Of a stretch of DNA of 64,000 nucleotides, positions 1-13,329 are shown one piece after another. The DNA comes from Octopus sinensis. Taxonomy: Eukaryota. The notes beneath the pieces were generated by a model. It saw only the letters and a program-made list of their open reading frames with translations. It ran no database searches and was not told the origin of the DNA. A program made the translations under genes and the position numbers. Location of the stretch: NCBI RefSeq assembly GCF_006345805.1, contig NC_042997.1, positions 118,296,001 to 118,360,000 of the forward strand, in the 5' to 3' direction. Every line of letters begins with the position of its first letter. The first letter of the stretch is position 1.

Positions 1-290
1 TTTGAATATTTCTGAACTTTTTTTGTATTTTCTGCTTTTTCCTATTGCCGTTTTTTTTCTTTTTCTTACTGGTTTTTCCTACTCTGTTTTCTCTCAATGC
101 GAGCCACTGAAACTTTTTTATTTTCTCTCTCTGTTTATTTCTGTGTTCCTTTCTGTTGAAGAGCGTAGGCTCGAAACATAAAAGACCTTCTCACTTCCCG
201 AGCTAATACATCTGTTGTTTACACACTCGTCTTCGTCTTTTGTTTTGTTTGATTGTTTGTAAATTATAACTATAAATATATGTTTGTGTG
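1..290 (+). mobile_element. Probable Penelope-like terminal (pLTR) remnant
   Basis: TTGAAGAGCGTAGGCTCGAAAC (hairpin GAGC/GCTC followed by GAAAC) in a T-rich context, ending in a microsatellite. Confidence 0.35.
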
Positions 291-1082
291 TGTGCGCGTG
301 TGTGTGTGTGTGTAGGAATGAATGCATAGACTATTCCATGTATATAATATTTATAATATAATAATAGTCTTGCTTCTCTCTCCGTCTTTTTCTCTGTTAC
401 AGACTATCCTCAAATCAAGATAACTTGAATGCAATTTATTTAGAGAAACAAAACAATACATTTTGAATTTATTCAATTTATTCATTGAATTCACTAATGC
501 AGTGCAAAGAAAAATATAGTTTGTGTTTTATATTGGCAAAAGTTTGTTTTCTGCGCACTCACACGAAAAAATATAGCAATGAATATTTCACTCTCAGATC
601 AACGATAGTCCCTGTGAATGAAAGAAAAGACAAAAACGAATAGACTGGCATAAGATAACAAAAAATAAGCTACAGATTTACTTAGATATTCAATTATTAA
701 AACTTAATTCGGGTGTTATTCTTTTTCGACTTATTGAATGTAATTCCTTCTAGCACTAGAAAAAACTTATGTCTGAGGTAGGTTAACCATTTTACAAACA
801 CATTCAGTTAGTAAAATACACAATTCTGTTGTTCGTAAGTTAAATATATTTTCCACTTAAATACTGGTTGTATATACAACAACATTGTAACTGAAAAAGA
901 CGCCATAAAGGCGAATAACAATAATCCACAGAGAGTTATCGCTTATCACTTTCTTTATGTATGAAGGCGTTTTGTTTGATACTTCACTGAAATGCTACGT
1001 TAACGTTGTGGACAAGATTATCATAAAAATCCTTTCGACTTTCATATTCTGCTACAAATATTGCTAACATACACGCTTATAT

Positions 1083-1333
1083 GTGGAGGCGCGTGGCTTA
1101 GTGGTTAGAGTGTCAGCACCATGATCGTAAGATTGTGGTTTCGATTCCTGGACCGGGCGACGCGTTGTGTTCTTGAGCAAAACACTCCATTTCACGTTGC
1201 TCCAGTCCACTCAGCTGGCAAAAATGAGTAACGCTGCGATGGACTGGCGTCCCGTCCAGGTGGGGAACACATACGCCATTGAAACTGGGAAACCGGGCCC
1301 ATGAGCCTGGCTAGGCTTTAAAAGGCGCATTTA
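1083..1333 (+). mobile_element. tRNA-derived SINE, family A
   Basis: A box TGGCTTAGTGG and B box GGTTTCGATTCC, followed by a conserved body seen again at 11932 and 49331. Confidence 0.9.
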
Positions 1334-1334
1334 A

Positions 1335-1644
1335 GTGGAGGCGCAATGGCCCAGTGGTTAGGGCAGCGGACTCGCGGTCGGAGGATCGCGGTTTCGATTT
1401 CCAGACCGGGCGTTGTATATGTTTATTGGGCGAAAACACCTAAAAAGCTCCACGAGGCTCCGGCAGGGGATGGTGGCGACCTCTGTTGTACTCTTGCCAC
1501 AACTTTCTTTCACTCTCTCTTCCTGTTTCTTGAGTAACGCTGCGATGGACTGGCGTCCCATCCAGCTGTGGGTGGGGGAACACATACGCCACAGAAACCG
1601 GGAAACCGGGCCCATGAGCCTGGCTAGGCTTGAAAAGGGTGACG
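1335..1644 (+). mobile_element. tRNA-derived SINE, family B (abuts the family A copy and shares its 3' tail)
   Basis: TGGCCCAGTGG A box, GGTTTCGATTTCC B box; shared tail GAGTAACGCTGCGATGGACTGGCGTCCC...GGGCCCATGAGCCTGGCTAGGCTT. Confidence 0.9.
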
Positions 1645-2010
1645 TTTATAGTTTATCGTTACACACTTATATTCACCATTGTGATAGTTTTTATGCAGGA
1701 ATTCTCTCTGCTAGAAAGAACAACTGATTCTCATTTGAATCAGCTAGAAATATACATCATAAAACCTTGACTCGGAAGTTGATTTTGAAGTCATTTAAGT
1801 TATTTAAATATTCTTCAATGCATATATTGAGCGTGCAGAATATGAAATAAAATAATTTTAAATAAACGATTTTAGTTAAACAACACTGAAATATCATTTA
1901 TTCAGCTTTTGCCAACTAAATTTCATTTATTTATCCGATTAATCCCCTCTCCTACCAATATACCAGAATATAACTTCTAATTTGCTGAAATGTTTTGTGA
2001 CGGATTCTTT

Positions 2011-2497
2011 TACCCTTTTACTCTTTTACTTGTTTCAGTCATTTGACTGCGGCCATGCTGGAGCACCGCATTTAGTCGAGCAAATCGTCTTCCAGGACTT
2101 ATTCTTTGTAAGCTTAGTACTTATTCTATCGGTCTCATTTGTCGAACCGCTTAGTTACGGGGACGTAAACACACCAGCATCGGTTGTCAAGCGATGTTGG
2201 GGGGACAAACACAGACACACAAGCATACACACACACACACGCGCGCACACACACACACTCACACACACTCACACACACACACACACACACACACCCACAC
2301 ACATATATATATATATATATATACATATATATAAGACAGGCTTCTTTCAGTTTCCGTTTACTAAATCCACTCACAAGGCTTTGGTAGGCCCGAGGCTATA
2401 GTAGAAGACACTTGCCCAAGGTGCCACGCAATGGGACTGAACTCGGAACCATGTGGTCCGTAAGCAAGCTACTTACCACACAGCCACTCCTATGCCC
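2011..2497 (-). mobile_element. SINE family C (internal CA/TA microsatellite)
   Basis: Head GGAGTGGCTGTGTGGTAAG and tail (GAGTAAAA)n on the minus strand; internal microsatellite at 2210-2335. Confidence 0.92.
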
Positions 2498-2870
2498 ATG
2501 AAAACGATTAACGGTCTCAATCGATTTTCGAACCTTATCGGGTTCTCATCAGAGGCGTCGTCATCACTGTTGAATAAATTTCTAACTCTTTTATAGTTTC
2601 ATTTTATTTAAACTGACTATATTCTTCTTTTTCTTCTTTTGCTATCGTGTAGTCAGCAAAGCTACTGGTAACGAACTATTACTTTTTGTTTGTAATGAGC
2701 TGTATAAATCATGTGAGATTTTATAATTAGTGAAGCGATTTTCTTTTGCAGCTGATGTCAGTGTATTTATTTTCATAAAGATATTTTAGTAGTTTCTAAT
2801 AAAACTGCTATCTAATATATTCATGTGGCAGATCATTTTATGCTGTTGTATTCATAACAGTTACCAATAT

Positions 2871-3088
2871 TCTTTTCTACTCTAGGCACAAGGCTCAACA
2901 TTTTTGAGGAGGGGGCCAGTCGATTAGAACGACCCCAGTACGCAACTGGTACTTAGTTTATCGACCCCGAGAGAGTCGAAAGACAAAGTCAACCTCGGTG
3001 GAATTTGAACTCAGAACGTAGCGGCGGACGAAATACCGCAATGCATTTCGCCCGGCGTGCTAACGTTTTTGCCAGCTCGCCGCCTTAA
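2871..3088 (-). mobile_element. SINE family D
   Basis: Reverse complement of AAGGCGGCGAGCTGGCA..ACGTTAGCACGCCGGGCGAAATGC..GAGTTCAAATTCC..GTCGATAAA..AGTACCAGTT. Confidence 0.9.
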
Positions 3089-3825
3089 CAGTTACCAATA
3101 TTAGACCAGAAATGATCATGGTTGAGTGATGGCCAACATTATTTGCGCGATTTACATCAAACCTGTTTACCTTGTGAGTTCAATTCCCACCGAGATCAAT
3201 GTGATTTTTCATAAGATGTTTAAACAGAAAGAAGAGTGCAAGGGAACAAATGATAGACTGTGTAGCAAAACAATACGTAATACAATTGGAAAAGCATGCA
3301 ACTCTGTATATTGTGAGGGGAAATGAACTCTCTATATGCCCACTAAAACATTACGTATAGCATAAAAGCATTGATAAATTAAGGAGTATTTGCTTATTTT
3401 GGAGAGCTGAATAAGTTATGCAGATGTTTATTTTTTCAAAAGTAGTCTACCCAAAATTTTGCATTTGTTAGGCTATTCACGACAAGCTTAGACTAAACAG
3501 CTAACTTAAAAAAAAAGAAAAAAAACACAAGCATATATGTTGTAGGAGTCTATATTTATATATTTGTGTGTGTGAGCGTGTATGTGTGTCTATACGCATG
3601 TTTATGTGCCAACAGTATTGCTATTTCCCCTGTCAACTAATCATCATCTGGTTTTGCGCCATTGATGACGTGTAAAATAAGAAGTGTCTTCCTTGATATA
3701 ATGTTAATCGTGAGTGGCAGGAAGAACATTCGCGTGTAAAAGAAAAATCTTCAATAATACATTCGTGTAACATTTGTTAGCACGAAAAAAAAAGATTAAG
3801 GAACGATCGAATATGCACACACACA

Positions 3826-3874
<49 letters not shown>

Positions 3875-3989
3875 GTTATCTCAGGAGGAGTATTGCAGTT
3901 AATTTGGCTTTCCGAGATCTACTTGCATTAAGGGTACACCGGGCACATCCATCATGCAGATTGCTATTTTAAACCAATACTGCTTCTGT

Positions 3990-4399
3990 TACTCTTTTAC
4001 TCTTTTACTTGTTTCAGTCATTTGACTGTGGCCATGCTGGAGCACCGCCTTTAGTAGAGCAAATCGACCCCAGGACTTATTCTTTGTAAGCCTAGTACTT
4101 ATTCTATCGGTCTCTTTTGCCGAACCGCTAAGTTACGGGGACGTAAACACACCAGCATCGATGGTCGAGCCTTGTTGGGGGTGTGTGTGGACAAACACAG
4201 ACACACAAACATATATACACACACATACATATATACGACGGGCTTCTTTCAGTTTCCGTCTACCAAATCCACTCACAAGACTTTGGTCGGTCCGAGGCCA
4301 TAGTAGAAGACACTTGCCCAAGTTGCCACGCAGTGGGACTGAACCCGGAACCATGTGGTTGGTAAGCAAGCTACTTACCACACAGCCGCTCCTGTGCCT
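3990..4399 (-). mobile_element. SINE family C
   Basis: Same head, body and tail as 2011-2497. Confidence 0.92.
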
Positions 4400-6242
4400 A
4401 ATATCTGCCAGATCGCTAGTTGCAGCATCATTGAAGTTTAATTCACTGTTTTCTGCTATCACCAGCGACAGGACTTTGTATTAGCATGTTTTGGGCCGTG
4501 GATGCTTGCCACTGCTGAAGCCCCAAGGGGCAGAAATACACATATAGCAACATCACAACAGGTGCTGGAAGAATTATATCATCTGTGACTAATATAATTT
4601 TGTTATTTAACGCTGCACGTCCATGAGAGATATTAACCCAGGACGAATGACACATTTAATTTTGCTTAGATAATTTTGCTGAGATATCTGCATTGACTAT
4701 GATATACAAATCATTATTTTAAACTAAAACTGCTCCTGCTGCGCATAATACACATATACATAATTACACACACACACACACGCGCACACGCGCGCACACA
4801 CACATACACACACACACAAAGACATGCATGCATATATAAAACACAGTTAATTCTATTCCATCTGTAACATATACCGGAAATAAATCGTGATACACAAGGG
4901 AAATAAATCGTGTCAAACTCCGACAGCTGAGTAAAAGTTTAAGATTTTATAGTTTGTCTTACTGAATTCCAAATGCAACTGTCTCGATAGAGTTAGAAAT
5001 GAAAAAAAATATATATACTCCAGCCAACTATGAAGCTGTGGTTTACAAGTCCCCAACGACACCAGACAGGATTTTAACATTAATCAAGTGAAATACCTCT
5101 ATAAGCACAAACGTATATTTCACTATCTCTAGCATCAGCAGAATATTTCAGCTGGTGGAACATGAAATTTGCATAGGAAAAAAAAAATCTTTTCACTTGC
5201 AGAAAATAACAATGCAGCTGCCATCTGGAAGATAGAAATGTATAGTGAAATATATAGTCACACGGAAATATAAATCCCGCAACATTGACGTTGTTATTTA
5301 AAACGAAAGCAAAAAAAGGGGGAAAAAATGATGAACGCGTCAGAATAAAATATAGAAAGCAGAAAATAAATATTCCATGTAGAAGACATGGAAATAACGA
5401 TAGAAATGTATTGACATGATGTCAGCACTGTACTTGTCACTGAAGGATCTTTGGTGCAGTAAACCATGAAATTAAGGAGCTAAACACAAACCGATCTGGA
5501 ATATTTTAAGAATGAGCAAGGAACCTTCATGATTATTCTACCTATAAGAATTAGTAAATGAAGTCTTATCGAACCACACTATAGAATTGGTCATGAATTC
5601 TCACTCTTTCTCGCTATTTGACTTGTTATTTCTATTCTTGAATTTTCACACCGTTTCAGTGATTTTGATATTTCCAGCTTTGACCAACATCTCGCTATGC
5701 ATCTAATAATTTTTGAAATACACATCACAGCAGTGATGGTGTGTTTTGCATTTAACAAAATTCTGTCCCCTTCCCTTCCTGATAAATAGATTCTTTTTCA
5801 GGGTAGTGTGCCTTAATAAGCTGTGAGCGATTTACTAGTTCTTCAGTCGAGTGCCTATAGAAAAATGTGCATATCTCATCACTAGCAAAGCTCACATATT
5901 AATTGTTCTGGTGATATTACCTATAGTTAGTTTTGTTTCAGGCACCTTCCTAACTCGTCTGTTGTACTCTTTGGATACTTTCTCTCTCATTTCCTTTACC
6001 ATTGCCTTATCACTCTGCACCCATAAGCATTTGTATCCTTCATTCTTTTTCATTCAATTAATGTGATATCTCTATCTCACCAGAATTAATATTTCAGCCT
6101 TTTCTTCTGCACACTTATTCACGCCAAACTACACAAAAATATCGTTGAAACACATTCTTCGCTTCAACAAAAGAATCAAGATCTTCACCGTTTACTTGTG
6201 CATGATTTGAGATTATTCCTAGGTAGCAGTTTTTTTACCCCT

Positions 6243-6768
6243 AGGAGGAGTTACAACCGTGTTTCGTGGTCTGCTACCACAACAGCTCCTTTATAGGATC
6301 CAGTTAGCTCAAGACATCATCAGGAGGAACCACGTCCGGTTTCGGCCCCTACTCCTCTACTGTTTTGACGTGGCGGGTCCCCACTTTCTGAGGTGTCTTC
6401 AGCTCTGGTGTTGGGTGCATGGTTTTTTTCCGTGGTCCGGGATCATGGGGGCATGATTTCCCATGTTTTTTTGTTGCAATTTTAGCCTGGATCGGACTGC
6501 AAGCCCATTTGATCCTTCGTTACGCTGTCGTACTGTCAAGCGTCTCTCCGTTTTGTTATTTCTCTTTCTGGATTATCAGCAAGTCTTTCCCTGCAGTCAG
6601 TATCTGAGGAATTACAACCGTGTTTCGTGGTATGCTATCACAACAGCTCCTTTATAGGATCCAGTTAGCTCAAGACATCATCAGGAGGAACCACGTCCGG
6701 TTTCGGTCCCTGCTTCTCTACCGTTTTGACGTGGCGGGGGCCCTTCTTTTCGAAGGTGTCTTCAGCTG
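6243..6768 (-). mobile_element. Direct-repeat-flanked element (about 160-bp repeats, 361-bp period), Penelope pLTR/retrozyme-like
   Basis: TTACAACCGTGTTTCGTGG at 6251 and 6612. Each repeat carries two CTGANGA...CGAAAC pairs on the minus strand. Confidence 0.5.
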
Positions 6769-7039
6769 CAAGTTCACTAACAGATATGGATGTTCTCAGT
6801 ATAACTTTTCAAGAAATCAACGAAATCACTACACGATAACTAATGGAGAATGAGAGTCCGTGAAATATTCCTCTCCTTTTTATCGAAATTTCCCATTGGT
6901 TCGCATTTTAGCTCTCCTTCTCAGGATATCACGTGGACACTGACTGTCCTAAGGCACTTCAATAGCCATTAGCTATACATTGTTGCATGATTCTTGCAGT
7001 CAATCCTAATAAGTTCTTTTTTATCCACGACTTATATAT

Positions 7040-7240
7040 GGCGGCGAGCTGGCAGAAACGTTAGCACGCCGGGTGAAATGCTTAGAGGTATTTCGCCCGT
7101 CGCTACGTTCTGAGTTCAAATTCTGCCGAGGTCAACTGTGCCTTTCATCCTTTCGGGGTCGATTAAATAAGTACCAGTTACGCACTGGGGTCGATAACAT
7201 CGACTTTATTCGTCTGTCTTTCCTTGTTTGTCTCCTCTGT
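7040..7240 (+). mobile_element. SINE family D
   Basis: GGCGGCGAGCTGGCAGAAACGTTAGCACGCCGGG head and CCTTTCATCCTTTCGGGGTCGAT core. Confidence 0.9.
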
Positions 7241-7363
7241 TCCTTAACGCTCACATTAATTAACGCGGATATGCAGGCATGTATAAACTGGTGACATCTT
7301 TTGTAAACTATCAACGTAATATAGAATACACCACCTAAACTTATACATTCATTCACTCAAATA

Positions 7364-8557
7364 TCAGGTCATCCCATAAGTTCTGTCCAATTTTACCTTT
7401 TTTTAAAATTGAATGAAATTAAATAGTATTTTAGAATGTCTAATGGAATTAAAAATTATTTTTATGCTTTTGTGAACATGTAAATTAATTAAATATTATT
7501 TTACAGAATAATAGAATTAAAATTCCTTTGATTAAAACACTTTCTAACATAGAAGTATCCAAAGAGCATTTAAGGCACATACTGCTTTGAGTACAAAACA
7601 AATCTGCAGTAAAATTCAGAAGTGGAAATTTCAGCCTTGAAGATGAACATGGAACATGGCGTCCAGTTGAGTTTGATGATAAGCTCCTTGAGGCATTACT
7701 TGAAGAAAATCCAGCATTATCAGTTGAAAAATTGGCAATAAAGCTTAGTTCAAACCATACAACTCTTCATCATCATTTTCAATAATTTGGAAAGGTTCCT
7801 AAACTTGTAAAATGGGTGCCTCATGAATTGTCCAAAAGCAACTGCAAATCCAGAGTTGACATCTGCTCTTCTATCCATTCTCCCCTTTTTGGATAGACTT
7901 GTGACTTGACTGAAAATGGATATTCTATCGAAATGTTAAATGTCGTAAACAGTGGCTTGGTTAAAGGGAAAAACTTCAACCACAACCGAGAAGGGAACTT
8001 CATGGGGAAAAGGTTCTTCAATCTATCTGGTGGAATTGCAAAGGAGTAATTCATTTGGAATTGTTACCACTTAATGCACCAATCAATGCTCAAGTCTACT
8101 GCCAGTAATTAGAGCGTTTAAACCAAGCTTTGAAGAAAAAAAGACCGGCTTTAGTGAATCGAAAAGAAGTGGTGTTTCATCAGAACAATGCGCCGCGAAC
8201 CCACACTGCAATGATCACATCACAGAAGATCGAAGAGCTTGGTTGGGAAAAAATTCCTCATCCATTTTATTCTCCCGACCTTGCTATTTCAGATTACCAT
8301 TTGTTTCGTACTTTACGAAATTATTTGGGGGACATAACTTTCGAAAGCCAGGAGGAGGTCGAAACTGACGTTTCAGAGTTCTTCGCTTTGAAATCAAAAG
8401 AGTTTTACATTGATGGATTAAAAAGCTTGTAAATAGATGGAAAGAAGTCATAAATAATCAGGGAAAGTACAGTGCTGATTAACTTTCAATTAAATATGAC
8501 ATTTGATCACTTGTTTTCTTTATTCAAAATTCGGACAGAACTTATGGGTTGACCTGA
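7364..8557 (+). mobile_element. Full-length decayed mariner (Tc1/mariner) DNA transposon
   Basis: TIRs TCAGGTCATCCCATAAGTTCTGTCC / GGACAGAACTTATGGGTTGACCTGA, flanked by TA on both sides. Confidence 0.95.
7550..8482 (+). pseudogene. Mariner transposase pseudogene (stops and frameshifts)
   Basis: Motifs KWVPHEL, VFHQNNAP and HPFYSPDLAISDYHLF are visible in translation. Confidence 0.92.
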
Positions 8558-9119
8558 TATATTCAAGCTCACATATATAAACCGCAGATGCCTATTGAAA
8601 ACTATCTACTGCGTGATTTTAGAAATGTGTTGTAAAGAATTTATGGAAACCAATACAAATAAGTAGGAATAAAAACACACAAAAACAAACTGTTTTCTGT
8701 TTTCAAGGAAGCCAGCAAATATAAAACGACTTCTGAGATAACACGGTTGAGTGGTGGATAGAGAAAATTATGCATGAACCTAATTTTGCTTCAAGAATTA
8801 AATAAACTGAAAATTAGATTAGATAATGTCACATTATATGGTTGACAGGAGAATCCTTCATTACATAGCCAATACCTGTGAAGACTATACAAAGTAGGAA
8901 AGGATGAAGAATGACATTTACGAAGATCTCACGAGCTGAGGGATGAGGACTCCGTGTTGAGATTGATTTGTTGTGATTACATTACAATTTCAAAGGATTC
9001 TCAACAGAACCGACTGGCATATGATGTAGAGGGATAAAAAAGTGACTGCAATATATGGGGAGTCTGAAGAGAGCGAATCAATTTCTGTGCTTCTTAATTG
9101 CTCATTCTTGGCCTAAACA

Positions 9120-9620
9120 GTATGTATGTACGTAGGTGTGTGTGCGTGTGTGTGAGTGCGTGCGTGTATATATATATATATATACACACATATATATGCA
9201 TGTATGTATACCTGCATGCGTGTGTGTATGAATATATGTATCTATGCATGTATGTATGTCTCCATGCATGCATGTGTGAATGTATGTATCCATGCATATA
9301 TGTATGTATGCATGCATGCAAGAATGCATGTATGCATGTGTTTATGTATGTATGAATGTATGCATGTATGTATGTGTGTATGTATGTATGTATGTATGTA
9401 TGTATGTATGTATGAATGTATGCATGTATGTATGTGTGTATGTATGTATGTATGTGTGTGTATGTATGTATGTATGTGTGTATGTATGCATGCATGCATG
9501 GAAGAATGTATGTATGTATGTATGTATGTATGTATGTGTATGTATCTATGCATGTAAGTATGCATTTATGGAAGAATGTATGTATGTACGAATGTATGTA
9601 TGTGTGTGTGTGTGTATGTA
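9120..9620. repeat. Compound (TATG)n/(TG)n microsatellite
   Basis: Directly visible. Confidence 0.95.
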
Positions 9621-9986
9621 TGTTCTCTCCTGTTTCTAACTATTTAAATTCTTCCTCTGAAGGAAGAGATGGTCTTTAACAAAGATACAAGGCTCCATCG
9701 TCGAAATGTATGTATATATATATATTGTCAGTGGATAATACACCCAAAGAAGGAGCATACTCTGAAAGTTAGAGCAGCAATGTTTTAACAGGAAGTTAAT
9801 TATATGGAATGTGATAGAGTAACCACTAGTTTCACTTCGCATCTACAAAGCGCTTAGCCTTATAGACTGCCCTACAGACCTCAGTGGCGGTGGGTATTGG
9901 TTTTTGACGCTCCGTCTATAAAGCTAAGCTCCTTATGCATGCTAGACTATTGGTCACTCTGTGACGAGCTATTTAATTAATTTCAT

Positions 9987-10094
<108 letters not shown>

Positions 10095-10339
10095 CTGAAA
10101 GGAAAGAATGCAAAGGTATTGGGCAGAATTTAAACTCAGAAGGAAGAGCGGGCGAAATGCTGATAATTGTTTTCCGCCTCCGTACTGACATTTCTGCCAG
10201 CTCACCGCTTAGAGATATCTGTATATTAAGCAATATGGTGGCTTACAACCTTTCCATTAGATCGCAGTCTCACGAGGATGAAATTCTAACATATACTCAG
10301 TTTCCCGTCTTTCTCTTTAATAATTCATATCAGTCAAAC

Positions 10340-10969
10340 TAAGGTAGCGAGCTGGGAGAATCGTTAGCACGCCGGGCGCAATGCATAGCAGTATTTCGTC
10401 TGTCTTAACGTTCAGATTCGTCTGTCTTTAAGTTCAAATTCTGCCGAGGTCGACTTTACCTTTCATCCTTTTGGGGTCGATAAATTAAGTACCACTTGCG
10501 TACTGGGGTCGATCTAATCTACTGGCCCCCTCCCCAGAAATTTCGGGTCTTGTGCCTAGAGTAGAAAAGAATATTTGAAATAGCGGAAGCTGGCAGAAAC
10601 GTTAGCACGCCGGGCGAAATGCGTAGCCGTATTTCGTCTGCCGTTACGTTCTGAGTTTAAATTTCACTGAGGCTGACTTTGCCTTTCATCCTTTCGGGGT
10701 CGATTAAATAAGTACCAGTTACGCACTAGGGTCGATATAATCGACTTAATCCGTTTGTTTGTCCTTGTTTGTCCTCTCTGTGTTTAGGGTAGTAAAGAAA
10801 TAGGTATTTCGTCTGTTTTTACGTTCTAAGGTAAAATTATGCTGAGGTTGACTTTTCCTCTCATCCATTTGGAGTCAATAAATTAAGTACCAGTTGCGTA
10901 CTGGTGTGGACCTAATCGACCAGGTCCCTCTCCAAAAATTTTTCGGATCTTGTGCCTAGAGTAGAAAAG
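10340..10969 (+). mobile_element. Multimeric SINE family D unit (three cores) with an 18-bp TSD
   Basis: AATTCATATCAGTCAAAC at 10322-39 and 10970-87. Confidence 0.88.
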
Positions 10970-11109
10970 AATTCATATCAGTCAAACCGTGTAGAAGTAG
11001 CGGTGTTACTAAGCAGTTATATTGTTACATATTCACACATAGATTCGCAGATAATCATACAAAGATTACACACACACACCGGAACGCATAGAAGCACTGA
11101 CGTCGTATT

Positions 11110-11149
<40 letters not shown>

Positions 11150-11308
11150 CATATATAGAATTCTGAGCTCATGATAGGCTCTCATTTGACTTGCTCGAAA
11201 TAGCAACAGATCTCCAGTAACAACTAGCCATCTTCGAAAATGAAGGACACATTGGATAATGTGTTTCTAAACTGTATCACACACACACACACACACACAC
11301 ACACGTAC

Positions 11309-11359
<51 letters not shown>

Positions 11360-11425
11360 TACAGCGCATTTATTGTCGGAATGCTTTTAATCACGTGTCT
11401 GCTCGATGTGGATTGACCGAGGGAC

Positions 11426-11457
<32 letters not shown>

Positions 11458-11930
11458 CACAACAACAACAACAACAATTTAGTCATGATAGAATTAGTCG
11501 GGTCATATAATGGAAATTATGTCAGCAATATCAAACACGCCCGAAATGAGAGGATACAAATATATCCCAGCAAATACGAACGATTTAATGTTAATGCACT
11601 CTGGACACATTAACATTTAGATTTGTCCTCGTTTTACCAATGATGTCGGGATCCATTAAGTAGATTAAACACAGAGATTCATAAATTTGTGGCATTTTGC
11701 CAGTGGCAGAAATCTTCGTGTTTATGATTCTGTAAGTAATAGAGATATCGGCGATTCCTTGCAGAGATAGGAATGTGATGGTATGTCAAACAGAACAATG
11801 GGAAATATTATTTAAAACTTTAAATAAAAGATATTCTTTTCTTTGTCTGCGGTACAAATATTCTATTTTTTTTTTTAAGTTGAATCAACGGAAGGTGTAT
11901 AGTTTTATTGCGTGTATATAGCTGAACTCT

Positions 11931-12190
11931 GTGGAGGCGCGTGGCTTAGTGGTTATGGTGTCAGCACCATGATCGTAAGATTGTGGTTTCGATTCCTGGA
12001 CCGGGTGACGCGTTGTGTTCTTGAGCAAAACACTTCATTTCACGTTGCTCCAGTCTACTCAGCTGGCAAAAATGAGTAACGCTGCTATGGACTGGCGTCC
12101 CGTCCAGCTGGGGAACACATACGCCATTGAAACCGGAAACCGGGCCCATGAGCCTGGCTAGGCTTTAAAAGGGCGCATTTATTATTTATT
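11931..12190 (+). mobile_element. SINE family A with a 12-bp TSD
   Basis: Near-identical to 1083-1333; TATATAGCTGAA at 11915-26 and 12192-12203. Confidence 0.9.
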
Positions 12191-12479
12191 TTATATAGCT
12201 GAAATAATCCAATTGATATAGTTATATGATGTGAGAGTGTATAGTCATATCAATTCAGTGTATATATAGGCACGGATTGGACATGTATAGGTGTATTAGT
12301 TTGGTGCATATAGGAGAATTTATTCAGTGTGTTTAAAAGTAAGGATTTAATATTTCTAGGGGCATCAGTTGGGTATATATCGGGGCACATATTGAGTATG
12401 TGTTAGGGTATCAATTTACTGTATTTGCTTACAAACATTGACAACAGTATAAGCCTTTGGTTATTATTAATTTTTTTAT

Positions 12480-12665
12480 TTTTTTATTCGTTTCAGTTAT
12501 CAAGCAGCGGTCATGTTGGGGCTCTGCCTTGAAGAAATTTACTCGAATAAATCGCTGTTGTAATATTTTTTAAGCCTGGTACTTATTCTATCGCTAAGTT
12601 ATGGGGACGTAAACGCACCAACACTGGTTGTCAAAAGACGGAGGGTGACAAAGGCAGACACAAAG
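12480..12665 (-). mobile_element. SINE family C, partial and degenerate
   Basis: GGTACTTATTCTATCG...GGGGACGTAAAC matches the family C 3' body. Confidence 0.7.
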
Positions 12666-12667
12666 AT

Positions 12668-12915
<248 letters not shown>

Positions 12916-13010
12916 CGGCAACGGGAAACTCAGAGTAACAGGTTTTGTTGAATTTTCTGCTGCTTTAAATAAAGTATATATATATATTTATATATACATA
13001 TACATATATG

Positions 13011-13226
13011 TTTGTTTATAACCCACAAGGGGCTAAACATAGAGGGTACAAACAAACGAATTAAGTCGATTACATCGACCCCAGTGCGTAACTGGTACTT
13101 AATTTATCGACCCCAAAAGGATGAAAGGCAAAGTCGATCTCAGCGGAATTTGAACTCAGAACGTAACGGCAGACGAAATACGGCTACGCATTTCTCCCGG
13201 CGTGCTAACGATTCTGCCAGCTCGCC
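13011..13226 (-). mobile_element. SINE family D
   Basis: Reverse complement of the family D consensus. Confidence 0.9.
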
Positions 13227-13257
13227 ATACACACATATATATTGTCAGAAGCGACAC

Positions 13258-13329
13258 CTACTGGTCTGGCTACGCTGCATTGAAAAGGGGCAATACCCCG
13301 AAACACGTCTGTAGCTGCCGGCCAAGTAG
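13258..13329 (+). ncRNA. Degenerate type I hammerhead motif
   Basis: GCTGCA-TTGAAAA-GGGG caata CCCC-GAAAC-AC-GTC-TGTAGC, with stem I extendable via CTACT/AGTAG. The core has two substitutions relative to CTGANGA. Confidence 0.55.

Noticed and set aside
160-200. Hammerhead at TTGAAGAGCGTAGGCTCGAAAC
   Set aside because: The core is degenerate and I could not form stems I and III.
1083-1160. tRNA genes at SINE heads (also 1335, 11931, 15531, 18960 and 49480)
   Set aside because: They have A/B boxes but no complete acceptor stem, and they run directly into SINE bodies.
9094-9679. Many long ORFs rich in Y/I/H/T/C/V/M (also at 12594-13021, 19686-20337, 28074-28901, 45888-46320 and 50311-51066)
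   Set aside because: They are translations of (TATG)n, (CA)n and (TA)n microsatellites, not genes.
9655-9712. Hammerhead-like CTGAAGG...GATGG/CCATC...GAAATGTA
   Set aside because: The core is mutated and the 3' strand of stem I is absent (the sequence runs into a microsatellite).
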